Shown: positions 27,180 through 40,085 of the stretch, piece after piece
How positions within the stretch are numbered: position 1 is the first letter of the stretch
How the letters are laid out: each line of letters starts with the position of its first letter
Origin: Lytechinus pictus
Lineage: Eukaryota
Assembly (NCBI RefSeq): GCF_037042905.1
Contig: NC_087251.1
Location: 38,938,001 to 39,002,000, forward strand
Reading direction: 5' to 3'
Length of the DNA stretch: 64,000 nucleotides
The notes under the pieces: model-generated
The model's database searches: none
What the model saw: only the letters and a program-made list of their open reading frames with translations
What the model was told of the DNA's origin: nothing
Program-made: the position numbers and the translations under genes

Positions 27180-28500
27180 AACGTGAGCGCGAAGCATGGC
27201 CTATTTTTTTAAAATTATGTTTCATGTATAGTGATATAAGATTTAATATTCTGAACAGTTGTTCATAATCATTAACAAGATAAGTATGTAACTAAGTAAT
27301 TAATGCAAGCGCGAAGCGCGAGATAAAAAAACCCCAATACACTGATCTGAAAAGGAACACTTTGCAGTGACTCATGAAGAAGATATTGCGAGCGCGAGCT
27401 GAAAATTTTAATATACTGATCTGAAAAGCGACGGTTTCCAGTGACTCATGAAAATGATTTATAAATCTATATCACCAATCATATCAAGCGAGCGCAAAGT
27501 GAGAGCAGTGTAATAGACTTTAAGCATCTTTTTGTAAAAATCTACACAAGTATCTAACCAAACAATATTGAGGCAAGGGTGAAGCGCGAGCTTCAAATTT
27601 TCATTTTACGACCAGAAAACTGGAAATTTGCGAGCGCGTAGCGTGACCTGGAAATTATGATTTTCCGACTTTAAACTGCAATTTTTTAGCACTTTTTGTA
27701 ACCTTGAAAAGAATAGGTATCTACAACTGATGCGAGCGCGAGCTGAAAATCTTAGATTTTCCAACTTTAAAACTGGCAATTATTAGCACATTTTGTAACT
27801 ACGAACAGAATAAGTATCTCGCTAAACAATTAAAAATGTCATCGACTAGAAAACTGGAAATGTACTTCTTGTGGTAATTAAAAAGGAAGGTATCTAACTG
27901 AGCAAAGTCATGCGAAGCGCGAGCTGAAAATTTTTGATTTTCCGACTTTTAAACTGCAAATCTTTAGCACTTTTTGTAACTTCGAACAGGAGGTATCTCA
28001 CTAATTGACGAGAGCGCAAAGTAGGAGAAACTTAAAAAGTTTGATTTTTCGAAATCAAACTGGAATTTTTTTTGCACTTTTTAAATATGAACAGAAAAGT
28101 TGAATGGGTATCTAACTAGACAGCTGATGCGAGAAAATTTTGATTTTCTATGCGTAGGCCTAGTTAACCATGAAGAAAATGGGTATCTGATTTTTTAACT
28201 TTACGACCTGAAAAGCGGATATTCTGAGCACTTTTGACAGGATTGATATACCTAATGAAGTGCGAGCACTAAGCGCGAGCTGAATTTGGGGTTTAAAAAA
28301 GATTTTGGAAGGATATCTTCGCAAAATAAATGAGGCAAGCGCGAAGAGCGAGCCAAAGTTTTTTAATATTCCGATCTAAAAAAAATGACATTTAAATCGT
28401 CTTTACTAAAAAACACACTGTGCATGTGACCCCCCCAATAAAAATTAAATAAAAATCAAAATAAGTGCGAGTGCGAAGCGCGAGCAGAAATTGTTTACAT
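27180..28500. repeat. Diverged tandem repeat with conserved GCGAGCGCGAAGCGCGAGCTGAAA core
   Basis: Core motif recurs about every 80-100 bp; the intervening sequences resemble each other (TTTTCCGAC..AAAACTG..AATTT..AGCACTTTTTGTAA). Confidence 0.75.
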
Positions 28501-28904
28501 ACTGACAGTAAGAAGGACTCTTTTAAGCTTCGATTCCATTTCTAATTTTTTCTTCTGTTTCTTTCCCTTTTTTGCACCGCCGTGGGGGGGGGGGGGCAAC
28601 CAATTTACCCCCTGTATCCGCCTTTGTATATTGACCTGAAAAAACTAACTTTTTAAGGACTTATTTACGTTGGATCTATGGAGAGGATACGCACCTCAAT
28701 GATCAAATATTGCGAGAGCGTAGGGTGAACCGAGTTATATACAATAATCAGTCCTTGTGATCCAGAACAGGATACCTATCTCGCTAAACAGACTTGAAAC
28801 GCGAGCACATTGTTTTTGTCTATTATCGTAAAAACAGGATTTTAATTCATCTGCATTTAATCTTTTTGGGCAGGACATGTATCTCATTATGAGCAATGTT
28901 GCGC

Positions 28905-31900
28905 GGCCCCCGGTCGAACATGAATTTGCATGGCACCCCCTTAGTTTAAGGTCAATTTGGCGCCTTCAGTTGAACATGAATTAGGAGCCCCCATGCGAAA
29001 ATGACTTTGCCCTCCCCCCTCTTAAAAACATTAATTTGTCGCCTCTGGTCAAACATCAAATTGGCGCTCCCCTAGTTTGAACATCAATTCGGCGCCCCCT
29101 AGTTCAAACATCAATTCGGCGCCTGGCCGCCCCCCCCCCCCTAGTTCGAATATCAATTCGGCGCCCCCTCCTAATTTAAACATCAATTTTTCGCCCCTAG
29201 TTTGACTCAATTTGGCAGCCCCCTTGTTCGAAGAACATCGATTCGGCGCCCCCTATAGTTCGAACATAAATTTTGCGCCCCCCTAGTTCAAACATCAATA
29301 TGGCGCCCCCTATAGTTCAAATATTAATTCGGCACCCCTACTTCGAACATCAATTCGGCGCCCCCCTAGTTTGAACATCAATGTGGCGCCCCCTAATTCA
29401 AACATAGATTCGGCGCCCCTAATTTGAACATCAATTTGGCGCCCCCTAGTTCGAACATCAATTCGGCGCCCCCCTCCCTAATTCAAACATCATTTTGGAG
29501 TCCCTTTAGTTTGAACATCAATTTAAGGCCCCCCCCCCCTAGTTCGAACATCATTTCCGCAACCCCCTTGTTCAAACATCAATTTGGCGCCCCTATATAG
29601 TTTGAACATCAACTCGGCCCCCCATAGTTTGAACTTTGATTCATGCCCCCTCCTAGTTCAAACATCAATTTGGCGCCCCTAGTTTGAACATCAATTTGGC
29701 ACTCCCTTGTTAGAACATCAATTCGGCGCCCCCACCCCCTATAGTCCGAACATCAATTTGGCGCTTTCTAGATCTAACATAAATTCGCCCCCCCCCCCCC
29801 AGTTTGAACATCAATTTGGCACCCCATAGTTCGCGATTCGGCGCCCCCTAATTCGAACATCACTTCGCCCCCCTTGTTCGAACATCAATTTGGCACCTCT
29901 AGTTTGAACATCAGTTTGGCGGCCCCTATACAGTGCGTCTCAAAAAACTATACACTTTTGAAATGGCTACCAAACAAAAAATATGAAACTATGGGGGAAA
30001 ATACCTATATATATGGAAAGCCAATAAAGTCAATTTTCAGATGACACCAAAAAGTTGGAAAACTATTTATGCTTGAGTGAGCACTACCCACTTAAACAAA
30101 GGGTATGGAAATTAGGCTGGGCAGGAATTTGCCTTTCAATTTCTTTCAGTTTTTTTAGATGCGAGTCCCAGTGGAACTCGCAAAGTTGAGGGTGTTCTGA
30201 TAAATCAATGATCAAGAATTTATCAATTTAGGTTTTTAGAGCAAATTTCAAGAATAATTAAATTAAAATTAATGCATGAGAGAACATGAAATACAATTTT
30301 TAACTTTTTCACTTGGATCTCAGCAATGTGATCATGGAAGGGATAGGACTTAGGTGGGGAAGTAGGTTGATGGGATAAGGGTCAACAGATCACTTAACCC
30401 CCCCCCCTCCCTCTCTCCCTACCCCTTTCACCCCTCCTGAGAGACTAGCCTTTGCTAGGGGAGCATGAATTAGCCTTCCAGGTTTTTTTTAGAGGTGAGT
30501 CCTTTGGAACTTGCAAAGTTAAGGGTAAGGTGTTATGCTAAATTACTGATGAAATTGAGATCAGTTTTGGTTTCTGACGCAAATTTCATGAGTAACAAAA
30601 TTGAAATGTAATACATGAGTAAACAGGAATTGTAATTTTAGTGTAGCATTTTTAGTTTATTATGTGGATCTTAGCAAGTGTGCTTGTGAGAGTCAGAGTG
30701 ATGTGATTGTACCTCTTACATTCAAGGGGGTGAGATAGGGTAAGACTGGGTTAAAGGGGCATTCTTCTTGTGTTCTCTTACAAATTACATGTCATGTACT
30801 CACCACAACCTCCACCCCTTTCTTTCCCCTGGATGGTATTAAAAACTTAAATGCCTCGTGACTTATCATGCTTATGGTTGATGGGTCTTTCTTTTCCATT
30901 GAATGATTATTAAGAACTTGACTAATTATGGTGATTTATGAAATAATTTATTGAAAAATCTGAATGTTTGATTGATAATTTATTGAAAAAGGTGAATATT
31001 TGATTGATCTCATTGATTGAGTTGATTTACTAACAAATTGTTGATTGAATGATTGATAAGTGAAAGTTGATGACCTAATTTTCAGAATTTATTATCAAAT
31101 TGACAGTCCACTCTGGACTTAATGCGTGCATATAATAGCAATCAGTCTCAATCTCAACAGGAGGGGGGGGGGGGACGGACCTAAAGGAGGGAGACTATAA
31201 ACGTTCTGTTGACCACTTTCCCATCAGCTTACTTCACCCACTGAAGTCATATCTTACCCCTATTCTCCTGACTCCAATGAACACACTGCTGAGATCCACA
31301 TCGTAAAGTTAAAATGCTGCACTAAACATTGCAATTCACGCTTACTCATGCATGAAATTTCAATTTGATAATTCATGAAATTTGCTCTAACAATTTAAAT
31401 CGATCATGAATGACAATTAATTTGATTTAAATTAATTTAAGTTTGCAAGTTCCGAGGGACTCGCCTCTCAAAAACTGACAGAAATCAAAAGGCTAATTCC
31501 TGCCCACCCTAATTTTCATACCCTTTGTTTCAGTGGGTAGAGCTCACTCAAGCATGAATAGTTTTCCAACTTTTTGGTGTCATCTGAAAGTTGACTTCAT
31601 TGGCTTTCCATATATATATGTATATCCCCCCTAAGTGACATATTTTTTGTTTGGTAGCCCTTTCAAAAGTGTATAGTTGTTTTTGAGACGCACTGTAGTT
31701 CGAACATCAATTCAGCGCCCCCCACCTCTAGTTCGAACATTAATTCGGCGCCCCCCTATAGTTTGAACATTCATGTGGCACCCGCCCTATTAACTTCAAA
31801 CATTAATTCGGCGCCCCAATTCGAACATCAATTCGGCACCCCCCTTAGTTCGATCACATCAATTCGCCCCCCCCCCCTTGTTCGAACATCAATTTGGCAC

Positions 31901-32092
31901 CCCTAGTTTGAACACCAATTCGGCACCCCCCTAGTTTGAACGTCATTTCTGCGCACCCCCTCCCCCCCAGTTCAACCATCAATTTGGCGCCCCTATATAG
32001 TTTGAACATTAATTCAGCGCCCCCTAGTTCGAACATCAATTGGCTCCTCCTCATCATTCGAACATCAAAACGGCACCCCGGTCAACATCAAA
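28905..32092. repeat. About 30-bp minisatellite (TAGTTCGAACATCAATTCGGCGCCCCC), split by a transposon at 29931-31695
   Basis: Tandem units on both sides of the insertion; variable poly-C length. Confidence 0.95.
29931..31695. mobile_element. Non-autonomous Tc1/mariner-like foldback element with long TIRs
   Basis: TA|CAGTGCGTCTCAAAAAACTATACACTTTTGAAA ... TTTCAAAAGTGTATAGTTGTTTTTGAGACGCACTG|TA; TA TSD; inverted similarity extends over hundreds of bp; no transposase ORF. Confidence 0.92.
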
Positions 32093-32689
32093 TGGGTGCT
32101 TCCACCCATTTATTAGTTTTTTCCCCTCTTTCTCTTCCCCCTTTTTTTCTTTAATTCTCTTTTCTTCTTTCCCCTTCTTTTTCCTTTCTATCTCCCCTTC
32201 CCTCTTTTTTCCTTCTTACTTTCTTTCCCCCTCTTCCTCTCTCTCTTTTTCTTAATTTTCTTCCTTTCCCCCTCTTCCTCCCTCTTTTTTTTGCGGGGGG
32301 GGGGGACGCCCCTTGATTGGTCTCCGTAAGTGGGGGGCTTTTTCGTACACGGAAAATTTGACAAGCAAAAAAAAATGTCCTCACTTGCTTGTACATGGCA
32401 TATTCCCCTGAAAATGTGCCTCTCAAGGGGGGGGGGGGACACACCGAATGTACCCCTACCTGGATCCGTCACTGATCATCATCTTTATGAGCATCCTCCG
32501 CCTCATCCCATCATTCGATCGGCATGCACGCATCAGCAGCAATATAATTGCGGCGATGCAAACTCACCCCGGCAGATTTGGCTTCAAATTCTGTTATCTG
32601 AATCATTCCATAAAAAAAAAATATGTTGGTTTGAAAGAAAATAATGTAATGTATTAAAAATATGTCAGGAAATCAAGCAAGTTCAGAAC

Positions 32690-33430
32690 GAAGCCAAGTT
32701 ACCGTATATCCCGCCCGATATCCCGCCGGATATTATAGCCAATCCAGACCGAATCCAGTGCAGTAGCTCCTGGATCTATAGGATACCATACAAGAACTGG
32801 GATCGGGAATCGGTACGGTACGGAAAATCTATCCTGATTATTGCGAGCGCTGTTTCATGCTTTTCTGAATTCTCAGGTCGAAGAAGTCTTGCCTTAAAAT
32901 CTTTGCGTTTGACGATCAACATGACGATGACAATGCAGGAGGATGACCTTGCCCTTGTATAGAGAAGATTAAGTTTGGCCATTCATTTCCACAAGTTAGT
33001 GATGTTTAATTCTTTAATTGAGGCCGTTGCGCATTGCGTACAGCGTTATGTGCGATTCTTTTGCACGCTGGTTGGTCAGAGATTATCACGTTTCCATGTC
33101 GGATGATTGAGTACCGGCAGTCCGGCACAATATATACCGGCACCACTGCACTCAAGGTTCCAACTCGGGCGTCGTGCACAAGAATGTACAAGGCACAACA
33201 CCCGCAAAATTTCCATGGAATTTTTTATTATGTAGACACTAGGGCCTTCATCATGGCATGGCCTGGCCTTAGGCTTAGGCTGAAATAAGTCACCTCTCTT
33301 CTCCTCAGTCATGTGTGTCAGTGTGTCTGCGCTCGTTGTTTACAAAGTCAATGGGAGATGAAAGAAGTCACCGCCGCTGACGAAATGAATTGAATGGAGT
33401 GGTGACTTAAACCAGGATAATGTCGACACT
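32690..33430. promoter_or_regulatory. CpG-enriched non-repetitive island, candidate promoter / first non-coding exon
   Basis: Tandem ATATCCCGCC (GC-box-like) near 32706-32727, AGCCAATC CCAAT box near 32738, CpG-rich relative to surroundings; the ASB gene downstream needs an upstream non-coding exon. Confidence 0.35.
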
Positions 33431-33477
33431 AGATTACAAATTGTTAATGATATTTTCTTATAAGTTGCTATACTAGT

Positions 33478-33896
33478 CAGTAGAGGCGCACGGCCAATAT
33501 TGGAGACTGTCTCCAATTTATCTCCAATATCAGAGACTTTTGTAAAGAATTTGGGTATCCAATTTCAGAGACAGTCTCCAGTTTTGGAGACCAATTTCCT
33601 TTGTTTACATTTGCTGCAAAAGGATTACCATGGCGGCAAATGAAAATGTGAAAAGCAGATTCCTCATGAAAAATTACCCCTTTTCACCGTCTACTTTTGT
33701 TTTGATAAGGATTTTTGTTGTCAATCACGCACAAAACAAGTGGGCTTCTGATCTCAGTGAGACAAAATTTTGGGTGGAAAAAATCATGCTTTTGTTGGTG
33801 TTGTTTCTTTTGTCCTTTTGCAAAGCAAGTCTCCAATGTGGGAGATTGTCTCCCCTATTGGAGAGAGTCTCCCATATTGGCCGTGCGCCTCTACTG
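33478..33896. mobile_element. 419-bp MITE with about 30-bp TIR and 5-bp TSD
   Basis: CTAGT|CAGTAGAGGCGCACGGCCAATATTGGAGACT ... AGTCTCCCATATTGGCCGTGCGCCTCTACTG|CTAGT; subterminal GGAGAC/GTCTCC repeats. Confidence 0.9.
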
Positions 33897-33944
33897 CTAG
33901 TTAGTCATACTAAAGTTCAGTCTGAACTAAGTTCTAGTAATGAC

Positions 33945-34150
33945 GGAGGCGCGATAGCTCAGTCGGTAGAGAGGGGGTTTCGGATTCCAGTGACCCGGGT
34001 TCGATTCCCAAGTGGTGCGCTAGTGCCCTTTGGTAAGGCATTTATCCTCATTACCAGGTCCCTCGGAGAGGACCTTAAGCCGTCGGTCCCCTGGTTGCTT
34101 GCTCACAGGCATTCGTGCTTTCTTACTTTTTAGCAGTCAGGTAAAAAACC
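33945..34150 (+). mobile_element. tRNA-derived SINE
   Basis: A box TAGCTCAGTCGG and B box GGTTCGATTCC followed by a SINE-type body (GTGCCCTTTGGTAAGGCATTTATCCTCATT...). Confidence 0.8.
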
Positions 34151-34449
34151 TTGGTATAACCTCGGTATAATGACTAACTATCTGGAGTAATTGTGTGAGT
34201 GAGTGAGTGTAGTAAAGATCTTGTGCCCATTATAAGTTATCTAGCTAGCTGAGTGTGGTAGGTCCGTTCAGTGAGGGTGGCATATAACTAGAAATGTCTA
34301 AAATACATATTTTCTTTCTCAATGAAACAGGGTGACCAGGTTTCACAAAATGAAATACGGGACAATCGACAAAGCACGCTGCACGAGCGGATCGACCGAG
34401 CCAGGTCATAATAATATTATAAAAAACAATCAACAAATAAGGCTACAGT

Positions 34450-35260
34450 GTTAGACTTGCAAAAAAAATACAAAGAAAAGGAAGGAGGGTGAATGAAAGA
34501 ATGAAGGAGAGAACGAAAAGAGATTAATTGAGAGGAAAGAAAGAAAAATGAAGGGGAAAATGAAGTAAAGAAAATTAAGGAAACAAGAAAAAAAATTAGA
34601 AGAAAGAAAGTTAGAATAAGAGAAGGATGAAAGAGAATAAAAGAAAGAAAAAAAGTTTCCGTCATTCTTTGGAAAGAATAAAGAAAGAAAGAAAAAGAAA
34701 GGAAGGAAGGGAATTAATGTGTGAAAAAAAATAAAGGACAAGGAAAAATGAAAGTAAGAAAAAAAAAGAGGAAGAAAGAATTAAAGAATGAAGGAAATAA
34801 AAAGATGTTTCCTTCATTCTTTGAAAGAAAGAAACAATGAAAGAAAGAAGAAATCAGGAGGGGAGGAAAAACAATAAGGGAAAAGAATTGGAAGGGAAAA
34901 ATAAGATAAAGAATGAAAGAAAGAAAGGATAAATTAAAGAGAGAGAGGAAAGAATGAAGGGATGAGAGAATGAAAAAAAAAAGAAAATGGAGAGAAAGAA
35001 CCAAAAGGAAAAAAAGGGAGGAAGGCGGAGAAGGAAGCAAAGGAAAGTTTAAGGAAAGAAAGAATGAAGGAAATAAAAACAAGGAACTTTACAAAAGAAG
35101 GAAAGACAAATTAACACACAGAGAGAAAGGATCAGAAAAAGAAAGATAGGAAAGATTGGAAAAAAGATAGATGGAACAAAAATGCAAGCAGGAAGGATAG
35201 AAGAATGAAGAAAGAAGGATAGAAAAGAAAGAAAAATGAAAAAAAAGAAAGAGGAAAAAG
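34450..35260. repeat. Purine-rich (GA/GAA) low-complexity tract inside the hAT-like element
   Basis: Almost exclusively A/G on the + strand; source of the Phe/Ser/Leu-rich spurious ORFs. Confidence 0.95.
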
Positions 35261-35397
35261 TTCAAACTTCAAGCAAACAAAAAAATCCAATCATTTTAAC
35301 AAAAATCTATGATATAATGTTTTAGAAATGAATAGAATTCAAAATAAAATATTGTCAAACTTCACAGCATCACACACAGGCATCTGTCATCCCATAA

Positions 35398-35810
35398 AGG
35401 CGACCGCACACCTTACGATTGGTCTGCGACCCGATTTCGGAATAAAATGTAGTAGACTTTGATGCTAACATTGAGACTTGGAATATCTTACTGTGTTATG
35501 TTCTAAATCATCGTACGAATACCTGTTCAAATCTGTGACTATGCTATCATCCTTCTCAGAATAAAAGCGAATTTAATGTCTAGTCGTAATGACGTCATAG
35601 CAGTCGTACGATTGGCTACGATTTGAAACTAATTTGGCCTTTACTCCGAAATAAAGGCTTGCAATCTTTCAAAATGGTTATGTTAGTATTCTTTCAATTA
35701 ATTTAAACCTCAAATAAAATGATATGTTCCATTTTCATTTTTAGCAAATGAGCAAAATGCGATTTGTTCCAAAATCGGATCGCGAACAGTCGTAAGGTGT
35801 GCGGTGGCCT
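35398..35810. mobile_element. PIF/Harbinger-like MITE nested in the hAT-like element
   Basis: TAA|AGGCGACCGCACACCTTACGA ... TCGTAAGGTGTGCGGTGGCCT|TAA; 3-bp TAA TSD. Confidence 0.9.
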
Positions 35811-37699
35811 TAACAAGTTCGCACCGATCACAACAAGACTCAAAACGAAAACTGAAACAACTAGATCTAGTTATGAAAAACTCAATAATTTTCTCTTCCG
35901 ATTACATCAACAAATCAATAATCTGAGGATCCATAATATAATTATACAAATTTCCTACCGATTTTGTGATTATTTTGGTGGAAAAACTGTTTATCATGTG
36001 AGATTTTTTGCACCATTGAGAATCTGCTCCGATCCAACATGCCTAGCTATACATGTAGTAGCCTGCCATACACAGGCAGGAGGCCAGTTCGTTTGCAATG
36101 TATTGGGTAGCAAGAAAATCACCGTAGAACTTGCAAAAGTTAACAGTTACAGATTTTATTGTTATCTCTGCTTCGTCATCTGTTGGTTATTTGATGAATA
36201 TTCTTCACTTATCTATGTATTAATTATACTTAGTTCAATATTCTGAAATACGGGACAAATAGGCGTCCCGGGAAGGGTTTGTCGGGACGCCGGGACACAG
36301 GAGGAAAATACGGGACGATCCCGGGAAATATGGGACGTCTGGTCACCTTGCAATGGAATGAGCATTCAGAGTGATAAATTCTAATTCAAGAAAGGTTACA
36401 GAATGATCATGCTACCTGTACAAAAAGTGAATAGGAAATTAGGTTGTCAGAGAATCAGGATCAAGGTTGTCAGAAAAAGTGGGGTCATGATGAGAAAATG
36501 CCTAGAAGTAGAAGTAAATCTAATCCTAGTAAAAGAAAAAGTTAATAAAGAGCATAAAACTGTCCCTAAAAGAAAGAGATAGGTTTTGGAACATGATTCC
36601 AAAAAGTACTCGGCTTCTGTCTGCATCTGACAGCTAGAGGGGAAGAAAAGTGTGTCTCACACTGTCAATATTGTGATTGATGAGAGCACATATGTTACGA
36701 AAATTTTTAAGTGTTTGTATTAAGGTAGGCAAGTTTTGAATAAACAAAACTACAAACAGGTAGAAGCACAGAATATCTAATCATGGATGTACATAAAGAT
36801 GCATGGAAAAGAAACTGGAAAAGGGCAAAATATGTGACATTTCCGTTCACATGTAACGTCCTACATGTATGTCAGTTCACATGTAACGTCCTGCCATATA
36901 CCAAATGCAAAGTCAGATCTTTATAAGGCAACAGAAACATTGAAAATCATACAAATAAAGACTAGATAAAACACCTATCAATCTAATATGTGATTCTTGT
37001 GCAACGTTTTACTTTTTTCTGCATACTCCAGTACATACATACATACAGTCCCTCATTTAAAAAAAGAAAGAATGTCAGGTATGGTAATGTTATTTGTGCA
37101 GAGGGGGAGTTTTTCTCATGTCCAATCATAAAATCAGTAAAATAATCCTGTCTAGTTTGTTCAAAAATTTCTTACTAGTTTAGATTTCTGTTCACATTAA
37201 TCTGTCACGTCCTGCCAATAAAACCATCAAATTTGTAGTTTTACAAACAAGAACCTAGCCGATATTCGGTGTGAGTTATCACTGTGGGAAGGGTAATTTA
37301 CCAATGACATAGAGTCTTTTCTTCTGGTCTTGAATATATAAACAAAACTTTTGCAACTCACATTCACATTTTTTACCAAAAATCCATCACAATTGCATTA
37401 CAAAATTGGTAAATCTTAAGGACGAACATTCATATTTGGATCTTGTGTAGGAAAAATAATGTGCTTTAATTACTCAAAGTAAGATTGGTAGGATTAGTAC
37501 CATTTTTGTGAAAAATATTGCTGTAAGTTCAGGATATTGGGTATAGTATGAAATATAGCAGAAAGGCAGATGGAATTAAGGTCCAGAATGCATTTTTCAT
37601 GAAAGTTTATAATCTAAAGTTTCAAGAAAAACAAAAATTATAATGTGTAATTGGGTCTGAAAATTTGACACCTAGGTTGACAAAAAGTGGACCCTATCC

Positions 37700-37939
37700 A
37701 TGAACAGGACTAGATATAGTTTATAAAATGTGGATATAGGGGTTATCAAGTATCACTGACAAGTCTTAGGTTGCATGATCAAGGTCAAATGTCATTTATT
37801 ATCAATGAACATAGTATTGTATCATTATATGAATTATGATTTTCGTGAATAATTATTTTATAGTAGTTTTCAAAGTCAGCACTGCTGCTATATTGAATTG
37901 CGTGATGCAGGTAAGACTGCCAGAGTCGCTCCACTTGTT
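37700..37939 (+). mobile_element. 3' fragment of a HINE family A relative
   Basis: TCAGCACTGCTGCTATATTGAATTGCGTGATGCAGGTAAGACTGCCAGAGTCGCTCCACTTGTT matches the 3' end of family A. Confidence 0.7.
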
Positions 37940-38577
37940 TTTTTTTTAGTTCTCTATTAGAAGGTCTTTGTTGCTCTGCATCCGGCCGCTTGTGCAACAA
38001 AACCCCAGCCCTCAGCGCATTTCAGCGTGGTCATGATGGAGCAAAAAAAAAATTACTTGATTTTCCCGCCTTCAAATTTCGATGCATCGATGTTCGATCG
38101 AATTAAAGCTGTTTACAAAATAATCTATATAACTTAAGCCTAATGCAAATTATATTATTTAACATAATTGGCTCTCAGCATTTACAACGTGTACAGGTGT
38201 ACATGACCGAAAAACATGCTGTGTACACATGCATCAAAAATGGACTTTCAAAAATGGGCCTATACAGTGCATCCCCAAAAAAACTATACACTTTTGAAAT
38301 GGCTGCCAAATTAAAAAATATACCACTTTGGTGAAAAACACTTACATATATGGAAGCCAATTGATAAAGTCAACTTTCAGATGTCACCAAAAAGTTGGAA
38401 AACTATTAATGCTTGAGCGAGCACTGCCCACTGAAACAAATGGTATGAAAATTAGGCTGGGCTGGAATTAGCCTTCCAATTTATGTCAGTTTTTGAGAGG
38501 TAAATCGTTTGGAACTTGCAAAGTTAAGGGCGTTTTGATAAATTAATGATCAACCTTGACCAGTTTTGGTTGTTTAA

Positions 38578-40085
38578 AGGGGAATCCAGCCTTGGCCATA
38601 AAATGTTGTCTTGGGAAGGAGAAAAATAAATTAAACGGAAAGGTGAAAGTTTGAAAGAAATCGGACAAGCAATAAGAAAGTTATAGCTGTTTTAAAATTG
38701 AGATCACTATTACTATGTCGATTTCAAATTGGCAACTGGGGAAGTAAATTATGACAAGAGGCAAGAGGGCCGTCTGCACCATCCCGAGTTTTCAAATTAG
38801 CGCGCTATTTCTGATCCGGCAAATTATCCCGATCTGAAAAATCTCGAGATAGTTTGCAGTGGAGACGCAATTATCGCGCTAGTTCGTAGGATTAATCTCG
38901 GGATTGCAATCCCAAGTCAACTCGGGTTTATTTGCAAAATAGCGCGCTATTTTACGAATTATCCCGCTAATTCGTAGGTGCAGACGCACTCGAGATTGGA
39001 CTCGGGGTAATTTATTCATGATGTCAGTCCATAATGCAATTCGCGTTCCACTTCCGCCTTGGTCAAAACATAAACACGTGCGAAAGTCAACTTTATACAT
39101 GCGAATAGATATCATCGCGAATAGCGTTCATCAATTGCCTAATCAGCAACGATGGTGTCCCACCAGTGAATGGATTTTGGGAGAGACCAGACCGAAGGGG
39201 AGGCGCTCATCGACGATGGTCATATTCAATAACAACACTGACAGCAGTGTCGTCTTATTCCTTCGCAAAATGTGAGCAAATAGCATTTCTTTCCTCCTTC
39301 TCTCCCTCTCCCTCTCTCTCTGTCGTTGCCTCCTACTCCGCCATCATATTTAACGAAGAATACATCACTTCTTCACTCGCTGAGCTGAGAGGATTGTTGC
39401 ATAACACCGGTCGAATTCGGCGAAAGTGCTAGTGAAAGGAGTACATTGCTTGCATATCGCGGGAAGTTATTCAAAAGCGCGGGCCGTTTAAACTCCAAGA
39501 TCCGAAAGTGCGCATGCTCGGAATATCGGGCTTGTTGCCTCGCTCGAGCAGGAATCGCTCTTCTTGCGATGGTGGAGACGGGGTTTCTTGAATCTCGAGA
39601 TTAATCGCGAAGTAGGCCGATCGGGCTAAAATCTCGAGATTGAGCAAACTCGGGATGGTGCAGCACCGCCTAAGGACAACTTTCCCATAGGCCATGTACT
39701 TTATTATCAGGGATTTGTGGTTTTCTCCTAAGTACCCATTCCCCTGGGGCAGTAATCTAAATATAACCCATTTAGTATATTGTTTTATGTCCTCATGAAA
39801 GAAAAATATAATTTTAAATAAAACTTTCAGGAAAAATGACATTTTAGCCATAATATGTACTGGAGTACATGAAAGAGTAGTCCTTGCCTTACATCACTAT
39901 GACATCCCAAATGCGGCAAATTTGAAGTCTCCATGGGTATAGTGATTACCAATATTTACAACTTTTAAAAATTCATAATTTTTTTGTTGTTTGTCCAATA
40001 TTGTTCAAACTTTCACCTATCAACTTGTCCGATTTTTCTTTTCCTTATAAAAACAAGTTTTCATTTAATTGGGTTGGATTCCCCT
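38578..40085. mobile_element. Kolobok-like non-autonomous element (TTAA TSD)
   Basis: TTAA|AGGGGAATCCAGCC ... GGTTGGATTCCCCT|TTAA; removing it restores host sequence similar to 30230-30250. Confidence 0.85.
38766..39671. mobile_element. PIF/Harbinger-like element nested in the Kolobok-like element
   Basis: AAG|AGGGCCGTCTGCACCATCCCGAGTTT ... AAACTCGGGATGGTGCAGCACCGCCT|AAG; 3-bp TSD; CpG-rich interior. Confidence 0.85.

Larger units (their letters stand above)
34328..36350. mobile_element. Non-autonomous hAT-like element
   Basis: TIR CAGGGTGACCAG ... CTGGTCACCTTG; 8-bp TSD CAATGAAA / CAATGGAA (7/8); subterminal ACGGGAC repeats at both ends. Confidence 0.85.

Noticed and set aside
27180..28500. 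CRISPR-like look: conserved GCGAGCGCGAAGCGCGAGC motif with variable spacers
   Set aside because: Spacers resemble each other, repeats are degenerate and irregularly spaced, the context is eukaryotic and there are no cas genes.
28905..32092. About 30-bp palindromic repeat as a CRISPR array or Pol III B-box array
   Set aside because: Units are directly tandem with no unique spacers, and GTTCGAACA does not fit the full GTTCRANNC B-box.
33945..34020. tRNA gene
   Set aside because: A and B boxes are present but acceptor and anticodon stems are poor, and it continues into a SINE body. The same applies at 57592.
33630..34133. 167-aa ORF
   Set aside because: Runs across a MITE and a SINE; a chance open frame. 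The same reasoning applies to 35764-36246 and the ORFs in 38879-39851.
34417..35082. Hydrophobic Phe/Leu/Ser-rich ORFs resembling membrane proteins
   Set aside because: Translations of the GA-rich low-complexity tract; likewise 25604-25915 (TATT repeat) and 32040-32472.
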